Shown here piece after piece: positions 1-8,985 of a stretch of 42,721 nt of DNA. Position 1 is the stretch's first letter, and each line of letters starts with the position of its first letter. Origin of the DNA: Ascoidea asiatica JCM 7603. Lineage: Eukaryota > Fungi > Ascomycota. The translations under genes were made by a program, and so were the position numbers. The notes below the pieces were generated by a model. It saw nothing but the letters and a program-made list of their open reading frames with translations, ran no database searches and had not been told where the DNA came from. The stretch lies in assembly GCA_001600695.1 (NCBI GenBank), contig BCKQ01000023.1:123417-166137 (forward strand), given 5' to 3'.

Positions 1-3000
1 ATTACTATTACTATTACTATTACTATTACTATTACTAGTATCTTTTTTCAATCCTAAAAGTTCTAATGGTGTTAAAAAATTATTTTCAAAAGAAATTTGA
101 TCTTGAATTATTGAATCTAGATTATGATCAAAAAGAATATCAATTGGAAAGTTACTGAAAAAGTCATCATTATATTTGTTAATATCATCAAAATCATTCA
201 AATTAATCAAATTATTCAAATCACTAAAACCATCTAAATTATTGAAATCCTCTAAACTATTGAAATTGTTTTGCTTATTGAGATTTTCAATATCATTATT
301 ACCAGTATTGAATGAGTAATCAACATTTGTATTAAATACATTATTTAAATTCAGAGATACATCATTTGAATTCATCAGACCATTATTATCTTCTAATATT
401 ATTTTTTTATTTTCAAATTCATTATTAAAAATTTTCTCATTTCTTTCAAAACCATTTAATTTATTATCATTACAACTATCAATATTTTCAGTCATATTCA
501 AACCTAATTGATCATTTCTCAATGATTTATTATTAGATATTATCTTACACTCAACATTATTTTCATCATCTTTATCTGATTCTAAAATTTCCTGTTTATT
601 ATCACTTTTGGATCCCATTGTCAATATTTCTTTATTTGAAACTGAACCTCCATTTAAAGTGAATTCTTTTACTTCAGAATTATAAAATGGACATTTTTCC
701 AAAACCTTTTCAACCGGAGACTCATTTTCTTCATTGTATTTATTTTCACTAGTAACTTTAAAACTATTTTTTTCTTTCAAAACTTTTATTTCACGAAATA
801 AGAAATTATTATCCTGTTCGAAAAAATGAATATAGAAATTAACGGTTTTAGACATTTTCCATGCATAATATGATTTAAAACTTGGCTCTTCAATAGATTT
901 CACCAATTCCTTAAATTCTAAAATCAAAAATGATGAAACATTTTCTCCATAATCCATAAAGGACTTATCAACACCTGATTGATATAACAAAGGAATACGG
1001 ATGTGATTTAAAGACTCTGAAAACTTCAATTTATCAGAAATTTCATTTTTCTTATTGATTAATTCTTTTTTATTTGTCAACCTCTCCTTTTCAAATAGAC
1101 TTACCAACTTTAGTTTGATTATTATGCTAACCATGAATTGTAAAGATCTATGAGAAATTAATAACAATAATGATTGTAAAATTAATTCAGAAGTTATTCC
1201 AAAATATTCTGGAGATTTACTTAAAACCTCTTTTGCAATCTTATGATTTTCAAACGCAAAATTAAAACAAATTTGATCGTATTTATACTCTAAAGTCTTA
1301 ATATTATCTAAATTCATATCTTCACTGTTGAAATAATCATCTTTGAAAATAGAATTTGGATCAAAATTTATATTAAGTTGTACAAATATGACATAATTCA
1401 ACAAAAATATTAGTAGTTTCAATTCCATAAGCATTTTGAAAGTAACTACCCTTTCAGCTGTTTTATATGAACAATTAACTTTTGTTATTTCCATCAATAA
1501 GACTCTTTGTGAATCATCAGAAAAATTATAATTATAGGAGCTAAATCCATCAATGTAATTTGAAACTTCTGAAACCATTTGATTTATATCATTTAGTGAT
1601 AATTTTCTATCCAAACGTAATAAATTCATCAAAATTTCCGAAATTAGCGAATCTATTATATATTGCTTCTCAAAATATTTGATAATCGATAATTCCAACT
1701 CATCTTTTTTGAAACATTGATGAACCTCACCTGGAAATTTTGTGTCACAATACTTTATCAAATCAAAATTAATTATTTTAGGTGAACCATGAAAAAAACT
1801 CTGACTTACATCTAAGTTTATTATTTTATACCATATTTTTCTCCTTAAGTGGATATATCTGAACTTATTTTCATTTGGATCATCGAATGTAGATTTTAAA
1901 CTGTTAGCAAGATTTATTTGATCAATAGTTGTTGGATCTCGATGGAACCCAGAGGCTAAAGCCATTTGAATAATTATTGCTAAAAATATTCTAGATTCCG
2001 AACTATTCAACGAATCACCTTCTTCGGGAGCATACTGATAGTATAATTTTAAATACAAACAAGCTTGTATTACAAAAATATCAGATTTTGAAAAAAATTT
2101 TATGTTTAAAAAAAGGTTTTTAACAGATTCAATAAGCGATGAATGAATAATGTTTTCTGGTTTAGACAAAGTTTCAATGATGGAAACATGTTCACCACTG
2201 TTTTCAAGAATAATATCTTTCTTTTTATTTGATATACTAGAATAAGAGGAGTTAAAAGGTAATGTCAACCAGCTCAATCTTAAAATAACAATCATTATTC
2301 CAATATAAGCATAATATTCATACTTGGAGCTTAATAACTTTTTGCCTTGAGAATCTTTCTTTCCTTCATTATTAGAATTGACTAAATTGATATTTTTCAA
2401 TTGAATTTTTTGTTTTTCATCTGTTCTATCTCCTATAATAGCAGTTATAATATATATAAAATCAACTTTATCAACGAATGGGATATAAAAATACATCAAC
2501 TCAAAATACCTATCAATGAGTAGCCAAACAATATTTTTGGTGGGAAGTGCATCTTCTATTTTCTTTAAAGAAATATCATCTGTGAGACTTTTTTTACTGG
2601 ATCTTTCCATGAATTGATTAGAATTCTGATTAGGAGAATTTGAGTTTTTGGTATTCATTGGACACTTTGATGCTTTAAAAAACAAATTTTCTTTTTGATA
2701 TGCTGTGTGATTTGTAGTTAAAGGCTCAGCAGATGTTAAACCTGTAACTGGACATTTTTGTATATTCAAATCGCTGTTATAATTAATATTACTGAACTTA
2801 TGATTATCAATAATTTCTGTATTTATTGAGGCGGTTTGTAAACTGGAGTTGAGATTTTTGGATTGATTGAATTTGAATTTCTTTTCAGGTTTATTCCTCA
2901 CCGATGAGCTATTTGAACGCTTTAAAGGACTATAGTTTGTAATTGAATTATGTTCCTTTTTGACCTTTTCAAATAAATCATGATTTATAGGACATTTTTC

Positions 3001-3861
3001 ATTTTTTTTATTTGAGTAAGCTTTATTTTTTAATAATTTATTGAAATGAAAAGTAAATTTCTTGAAAATTATGAACCATAATATATTTGAATAATAGTCT
3101 AATTTCATTAAATTTAACCAATTTATCAAACCAAAAAATTTAAAATTTTTTGAAGAAGTTAAAGAAAATTCTTTCAGAATGTTTATGTTGAAGTTTAAAG
3201 AATTTTTATTATTATTATGATTGATTACGGATGCATTTAATTTTGAATTTGAATTTGAACTCAAAAGTAATAATCTGTTTTCAGCTTCTAATAATTTAAG
3301 TTTCAAATCGTCAATTTCACTATTTTTTTCAGTCAATTCAACTTGTAATGATTCGTTTTTGAATTTATAATTTAATGGATCGATCATATGAGCTTCTAAG
3401 TTATTTTGAATTTTATCTTTATTTTCACTTATAAATTTCTCATAATTATTATCATTATCATGAATAGTACTACTGTCTTCATTTTTGGCCCAAGAGGGAT
3501 CAATAAATTTGCAAAGATGATTCACTCCTGTTTTAATACAAGTTGAACATATGGGCCTTTTTTTATCGCATTTGACTTTTCTTTTTCTGCAAATGTTACA
3601 AGATAAAGGTGCTCTATTTCTTCTTATTGATTTGTTTTTCATCTTTTCAACTTTTTCACTTTTCTTATTTTTCTCAGATTGTTTTTCAATTGAAGATTTT
3701 TTGATTGACTTATTTATTTCAAAATGTTCAAAATGTTTGTCACTTTTAGTATCAATTAAAGAAGTTCTGTTTTTTAAATTGGTAGAAATTGTATTTTGGA
3801 ATGAAACATTCATTAAAGAGTTTTGACGATTTGAACTTAAGGATTGATCATTCTGATTCAT
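1..3861 (-). CDS. HAP1: Hap1-like (Hap1/Mrr1 family) Zn(II)2Cys6 transcription factor, 3'-truncated by the window edge
   Basis: Manual minus-strand translation from the ATG at 3861 (MNQNDQSLSSNRQ...). Zinc cluster RRNRAPLSCNICRKRKVKCDKKRPICSTCIKTGVNHLCKFIDPSW closely resembles the Hap1 cluster. Middle homology region QMALASGFHRDP...RRKIW is present. In-frame KCPINH, KCPVTG, KCPMN and KCPFY motifs. No stop was seen at the points checked, and the frame continues past position 1, which explains its absence from the ORF track. Exact orthology (Hap1 vs Mrr1-like) is uncertain. Confidence 0.8.
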   Translation of the reverse strand, partial: MNQNDQSLSSNRQNSLMNVSFQNTISTNLKNRTSLIDTKSDKHFEHFEINKSIKKSSIEKQSEKNKKSEKVEKMKNKSIRRNRAPLSCNICRKRKVKCDKKRPICSTCIKTGVNHLCKFIDPSWAKNEDSSTIHDNDNNYEKFISENKDKIQNNLEAHMIDPLNYKFKNESLQVELTEKNSEIDDLKLKLLEAENRLLLLSSNSNSKLNASVINHNNNKNSLNFNINILKEFSLTSSKNFKFFGLINWLNLMKLDYYSNILWFIIFKKFTFHFNKLLKNKAYSNKKNEKCPINHDLFEKVKKEHNSITNYSPLKRSNSSSVRNKPEKKFKFNQSKNLNSSLQTASINTEIIDNHKFSNINYNSDLNIQKCPVTGLTSAEPLTTNHTAYQKENLFFKASKCPMNTKNSNSPNQNSNQFMERSSKKSLTDDISLKKIEDALPTKNIVWLLIDRYFELMYFYIPFVDKVDFIYIITAIIGDRTDEKQKIQLKNINLVNSNNEGKKDSQGKKLLSSKYEYYAYIGIMIVILRLSWLTLPFNSSYSSISNKKKDIILENSGEHVSIIETLSKPENIIHSSLIESVKNLFLNIKFFSKSDIFVIQACLYLKLYYQYAPEEGDSLNSSESRIFLAIIIQMALASGFHRDPTTIDQINLANSLKSTFDDPNENKFRYIHLRRKIWYKIINLDVSQSFFHGSPKIINFDLIKYCDTKFPGEVHQCFKKDELELSIIKYFEKQYIIDSLISEILMNLLRLDRKLSLNDINQMVSEVSNYIDGFSSYNYNFSDDSQRVLLMEITKVNCSYKTAERVVTFKMLMELKLLIFLLNYVIFVQLNINFDPNSIFKDDYFNSEDMNLDNIKTLEYKYDQICFNFAFENHKIAKEVLSKSPEYFGITSELILQSLLLLISHRSLQFMVSIIIKLKLVSLFEKERLTNKKELINKKNEISDKLKFSESLNHIRIPLLYQSGVDKSFMDYGENVSSFLILEFKELVKSIEEPSFKSYYAWKMSKTVNFYIHFFEQDNNFLFREIKVLKEKNSFKVTSENKYNEENESPVEKVLEKCPFYNSEVKEFTLNGGSVSNKEILTMGSKSDNKQEILESDKDDENNVECKIISNNKSLRNDQLGLNMTENIDSCNDNKLNGFERNEKIFNNEFENKKIILEDNNGLMNSNDVSLNLNNVFNTNVDYSFNTGNNDIENLNKQNNFNSLEDFNNLDGFSDLNNLINLNDFDDINKYNDDFFSNFPIDILFDHNLDSIIQDQISFENNFLTPLELLGLKKDTSNSNSNSNSNSN

Positions 3862-4584
3862 GATATTTTACAAAAAAGCAGTTACAAAATCTTAGTCTCC
3901 CTGCTGAATGATTACTTTATATTAACAATAATTAAGAGTAATATCAAACTGATAATCTTTTCAAGTGATTGATTCCTTTAAAAGCAACTATCTTTCCTTC
4001 CAACTTCCTTCTTGGTATAATTTGTTTCTTCCGATTCATTTACTTTTTTATCATTTTCTTCATCGACGATTTCTCACTTTTTCTCAATTATCAGAAATCA
4101 GCGCGTTTCTCGGATAAACATCCGGTTCGATCGGCCAATTACGCACATGAAAAAGCCGGAAGTTGTTTGAAGTAAGACGGAAATAAATGTTCCAAAGTGG
4201 AAATGTTCACTTCAATGATTATTTCATTTCATTTTATTTTATTTTATTTTATTTGATTATTTAACAAACCAGAGAGTTTTTAACTGAACAAAAAGATAAA
4301 AAAAAAACAGTTAGCCCAGAATACAATGAAAAAGAATTAGGAATAAAAATAAAAGTTATTAGTTTAAAAAGTTATGGAAAAACAGACAAAATGATAAGCA
4401 AAATAGAAAAATCAGGTAGGAAAAATAATTATAATAAAACACATGAAACATGATAACCGTCAGTTAATTGAATAGTTTATTGATTAAGTTGATATCAACT
4501 AGAGAAAAGTTCTTCAAAAGAAGCAAAATATAAGCATAACGAAAACAACACAACTTAATTTTTTTTTTGATAGTACTCTTTCTC

Positions 4585-6423
4585 TTATACAAAAACATCT
4601 ATTCCAGTTTCATTTATAAGATTTAAACCAAATAATCTGACTATCGTTATAGACAATTTTTTAAACATCTCAATTTCAATTTCTTTGAATTTTTTATTAT
4701 TTAAATTATATTGATAATGATAATCAAAATTTGTTGATATCATAAATTTAATATTCAAATTATCAAATTTATTATTCATAATTAGTTTAAAAACTTGATT
4801 CAAAGGTAATAAACCAGGTACAACCAAAGGTATTGCTACTCTATCAATAACTTCTTCATCATCATTATAATTACTATATTCATCAGAATCTCTTGTGAAT
4901 GTTGTATTATATTCATAATTAAATTCAGATATTTTATATTTGATATTTAATTCATCTTTAAATTTTTTAATAATACTATCTAAATTCTTAAATGCAATAC
5001 CATTTTTACCATATAATTTTTCAGTAATATTGATTAAATTTGTATTTTCATTATAAGATTCTGGACAAATTGGAAAATTATCATAATCTATATCAATTTC
5101 TTCACTAATATTATTATTATTATTATCATCATCATTTGGAGTAAAGCACAATAAATTATCGTTTTTTCTATTATTCAAATTTTCTAAATCATTATTATAT
5201 TTATTTAAATTGAAATACTTGTAATCAATTAAATTCAATAATTCACCACCAAATTTTTTTTTATAATTCATTTTTGGACAATTTGAAATATAATATCCTA
5301 AATAATAATATTTTTTATTCATAAGATGTGTTAATATTAAATCTTTTATAATTGAAAAATTACCTAATGACATTTTTTTGAAATCAGGATCATAAATAAA
5401 ATAAACAGAAGAAATTCCATCAATTAAAATATCAATTATACTCAATGCAATTAATTCATTATTATAATAATAACATTCATGAGTTGGACCAATTCTTTTA
5501 TAAAAATCTTTTGATTGTGGTTTATTACCTAATTTAAACCAATTATTTAATTGATTGAATTGATTTTCATTACCATTGATAATTTTTTCATTAAAAGGAG
5601 ATTTACAAAGAAAATTTTTAAAAGTTTTTATTGATATATTTTTTGGATCATCACTATGAATTTTAACTTGATATTTTTTATATAAATTGAATTTTTCTAA
5701 AGTACAAATTGGAGTTTCAAACTTTGTTTTTAAATTTGTATCTTTATGATTAAAAAATTTTAAAAATAAATCAATTAGTTCAATATTATTATTATTATGT
5801 AAGATTAAATTTTTTTTATTATTAAAATCATTTGAATTATTGAAGAATTTTATAAATTTTTTTATAGTTTTTTTATGATCATTAATTAAATTAAAATTTA
5901 ATAAATTTGATCTAATTGAATATAATTTACAACAATTTCTTAAATTATCCATTTTATAAAAAAAATTTCCAGATCTTCTAAAATTTTTATTAATTAAAAT
6001 TTCATAATTTTTAATTGAAATTTGAAAAATCTGAAAACCAAATTCATTTGAGTTTTTTTTATTTGGAAATTTAATTAATGAATCATTATAACAATATGAA
6101 CAACCAAAATTTTTGAAATATAAAGGATTATCAATTACTAATTTTGAATTATTATTATCATAATCAATTGGAGATATATTATCATCTAATTTATTATTTA
6201 TATCAAAATTTTCATCATCGTCGTCGTCATCGTCGTCATCATCATCTTCTTCTTCTTCATAATCTAAACCTTCTCCAAGAGATAAATTTAAAGAAGGATC
6301 TTCAGGAATTTGTGGATTTAAATCTTGAACAATTTGATCATCTTGATCCAAGATATATTCAGCATCATTATTATTCAAATCTTTGAAAATATTTGTAGAT
6401 TTTTTATTATTTTCTTCACTCAT
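4585..6423 (-). CDS. ATE1: Arginyl-tRNA--protein transferase (N-degron pathway)
   Basis: GCSYC, FRRSGNFFYK..RNCCKLYSIR, EKFNLYKKYQVKIHSD, GPTHECYY, ISSVYFIYDPD, YYYLGYYISNCPKMNYK are ATE_N/ATE_C motifs; acidic N-terminal extension. Confidence 0.95.
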   Translation of the reverse strand: MSEENNKKSTNIFKDLNNNDAEYILDQDDQIVQDLNPQIPEDPSLNLSLGEGLDYEEEEDDDDDDDDDDDENFDINNKLDDNISPIDYDNNNSKLVIDNPLYFKNFGCSYCYNDSLIKFPNKKNSNEFGFQIFQISIKNYEILINKNFRRSGNFFYKMDNLRNCCKLYSIRSNLLNFNLINDHKKTIKKFIKFFNNSNDFNNKKNLILHNNNNIELIDLFLKFFNHKDTNLKTKFETPICTLEKFNLYKKYQVKIHSDDPKNISIKTFKNFLCKSPFNEKIINGNENQFNQLNNWFKLGNKPQSKDFYKRIGPTHECYYYNNELIALSIIDILIDGISSVYFIYDPDFKKMSLGNFSIIKDLILTHLMNKKYYYLGYYISNCPKMNYKKKFGGELLNLIDYKYFNLNKYNNDLENLNNRKNDNLLCFTPNDDDNNNNNISEEIDIDYDNFPICPESYNENTNLINITEKLYGKNGIAFKNLDSIIKKFKDELNIKYKISEFNYEYNTTFTRDSDEYSNYNDDEEVIDRVAIPLVVPGLLPLNQVFKLIMNNKFDNLNIKFMISTNFDYHYQYNLNNKKFKEIEIEMFKKLSITIVRLFGLNLINETGIDVFV

Positions 6424-7344
6424 TATTCTGAAATCTAAAAAAGATGTAAATAAAGTAAATAAAAAGTATAAAAAATATAAAAAGAATAAAAATATGAAAG
6501 TATGAAAAAAAAAAAGAATAAATGAGAGGAATTAAATTGATTAAATGAAATAAATAAGTAAGTTTGAATCAAATTATGAAGAAATTTAGTCTTATTTTAT
6601 ATGAATTAAGATTATTATTATTAAATCTAGACCAAATATCAAATTTGCCTTCAAAATGTAACTGATGTATTTAGTACTATTTAGGTTTTTATACCGGAAT
6701 TTATAGTTATTTATCTAAAATATTTAAAATATACAAGTCTTTCAAATAAAATACTTAGAATTGAAAGAAGCTTGTGAATAGATGAATATTTATGACAATT
6801 AATTGGTAAATTAGATTGTAAATTAGTGAATTAATGAATTAATAAATTGGTGAATTGATGAATTGAAGAATTGATAAATTGTTTGTTATTTGAATTGTTT
6901 ATTTATTAATGATAAGTTGATTTAGTTGATTGAAATTGTTTTCTGGTCACTTTTTGGAAACAATTCACTGAGAGAAATGAATGAGTTCGGGATAAGCAGA
7001 AGTTGGAAGTGCTGAGATCTGAGTTTGCAAACTGAGACCAGAAACTGAGAGAAACACCGTGCGCACTGCACCGCCACACAAGCGCGAGCTACGCGCAACT
7101 TTTCTACGACTTTTCCACGAGTGCAAAGAGACCAACTACCGAAATGTGCGAGTGAGGGCAAATTTTGTGTGCAAATTGTGTGCAATTCGTTACACACAAC
7201 GCAAGAACAGCACTACGCAACGTGCAACAGACATGCACAATTTTCAAACTAGGTTATGCGTTAAAGGTATTCACATGTGCCGCACTGTTTGCTGTCTCAG
7301 AAAGGCAAATCCCGAAACATGCGCGCATCTTTAATTGCGTGGGA

Positions 7345-7352
7345 TTGCCACC
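7345..7352 (-). promoter_or_regulatory. Rpn4 PACE-like element (GGTGGCAA) in the ATE1/GET5 divergent promoter
   Basis: TTGCCACC on + reads GGTGGCAA on -, an 8/9 match to GGTGGCAAA, lying between two ubiquitin/proteostasis genes. Confidence 0.4.
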
Positions 7353-7799
7353 CGACTGGGAAACTTTACGATTTCAGTTTTAGTTCGGCTTTCCCAAACA
7401 CTTAACACTTCTTGAGTAATGAAAGCCCAAAGCCCCGCTACCGGAAGAACCTGGCAAGCTTCTTAGCAATCAGGGAACTGTGCCAGTGACGTCCTAGGGC
7501 TTTATAATATATATAATCCTGAAAAAGATACCACAGTTCTGGAGCTTATTAAGTCACTTGACTTTTTAAGGAAACTGTAGAACCAAATGAACAACATACA
7601 TTTTAAAGCACCCTTTAGACGTTTATTTAACGCTCAAGATTAATTAAAAATAATAAATAATCCTCGATAGTGAAGAGTATCAAGTTAGAAATATCTATAA
7701 TCTACAAATATATATAAATAATAATATAATTTGTCCCATAGCTATTTAAAAGGGAATATATTTCAAGTAATTATTATTAAAAAAAGTACTATTTCAAAA

Positions 7800-8666
7800 A
7801 TGTCAGTAGTAATTGAAGATGAAGAAGAAAACTATATCAATAATTATTTGAATTTATTATATTCTAAATTACCAATTGATGAAGAAACAAATGAGAAAAA
7901 ATTAAAATATTCAAATGATTTTAAGTTAGATTTAAAAGAATTATCAAATAAGAATTCCTTGCCTGGCTTCTCTAATTATCCAGTAATTAAAAAGTCTCCA
8001 ATTTTCAAAACTAACAATAATATTAATATTCATAATAATAATAACACAAATTCCAGTGATAATGAAGTAAATAATGATAATCAAATTGTTAATGACTCGA
8101 AAAAAATTGATATAAATATAACTGCAAAATCAATTAAACCTCCATATAAATTCAATTTATCTTTTAAACTAGATAATATAAATAATAAAAATCTAACAAT
8201 ATTTCAAGTGAAAGAAATTCTATTAAGTAATATTCATGATTTGAATAATGAAATATTCGATGAAAAAATTTTAAAAATTGATCAAATCAAATTAATTTTA
8301 AAAGGTAAAATTTTGAATAATAAAGACAATTTAAGTGATTTAATTTCAAAATTGAGTAATTCTAAAGATTCTAAAGATTTTAATGAACTAAATTTAACTT
8401 TACAAGTATTCATCAAAGATTTAACTATTGAAGAATTAAATGAAATTAAATTGAAAAAACTTCAAGAAATTGAAAATAATGAACTTCAAAATCAGAAAAA
8501 TTTAGAAAGAGAAAAGTTAAAAAACTGTAATACTAATAGTAATAATGATCATAATGAAATAGATGAAGATACTTGGAATAAAATAAATATTCTCTTAATT
8601 GAAAAATATGGAGAACCTAAAGGTAATTCAATATCTAAAACTCTCAAAACAAAATTCTATAATTAA
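7800..8666 (+). CDS. GET5: Get5/Mdy2 ubiquitin-like protein of the GET pathway
   Basis: The likely start is the ATG at 7800 (aaaaATG); the track's 7731 start is TTG. N-terminal EENYINNYLNLL...YSNDFKLDLKEL..LPGF resembles the Get4-binding segment, the central UBL reads INITAKSIKPPYKF...IFQVKE...QIKLILKGKILN, and the C-terminal DTWNKINILL resembles the dimerisation helix. Confidence 0.8.
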   Translation: MSVVIEDEEENYINNYLNLLYSKLPIDEETNEKKLKYSNDFKLDLKELSNKNSLPGFSNYPVIKKSPIFKTNNNINIHNNNNTNSSDNEVNNDNQIVNDSKKIDINITAKSIKPPYKFNLSFKLDNINNKNLTIFQVKEILLSNIHDLNNEIFDEKILKIDQIKLILKGKILNNKDNLSDLISKLSNSKDSKDFNELNLTLQVFIKDLTIEELNEIKLKKLQEIENNELQNQKNLEREKLKNCNTNSNNDHNEIDEDTWNKINILLIEKYGEPKGNSISKTLKTKFYN

Positions 8667-8900
8667 ATAATCAATGAATAAATAGTTTTTTTTTTGAAAT
8701 TAAAGCGAGACCAAAAACGTGGGTCTGAAAAATAAAATATTTTTTTTTTTAAAAATTTTTGTTTTGATTACGTAACGTGTCAATCAGCGCTCGTGACTTT
8801 TTTTTTTTTTACGGCTGCTTTTTTTTTTGCTGAAACTGAAAAGGTGAGAAAAAGTGAGAAAGTTGAGAAAGAATTTGAGATTGAAGATGCTTTATTTGCA

Positions 8901-8935
8901 GTTACCCTTTTATTATTTCAAACGTCTAGGGTAAC
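8901..8935. promoter_or_regulatory. Inverted pair of Reb1-type sites (GTTACCCT / AGGGTAAC) just upstream of REB1
   Basis: GTTACCCT at 8901-8908 and its reverse complement at 8928-8935, 50-85 bp before the ATG; TTACCCK is the Reb1 core. Confidence 0.55.
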
Positions 8936-8985
8936 AACAACACTTTGATAACAAGAAACCATCTCATCAACAGAAGTTAATCAAA

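Noticed and set aside
3551-4175. Track ORFs 3551..3826 and 3969..4175 (+)
   Set aside because: Antisense shadow of the Hap1-like gene and its promoter; low-complexity Phe/Leu/Ile content.
6144-7383. Track ORFs at 6144, 6922, 7059 and 7165
   Set aside because: Antisense to ATE1, or chance ORFs in a GC-rich promoter island with non-ATG starts; the Cys residues do not follow the microprotein motif.
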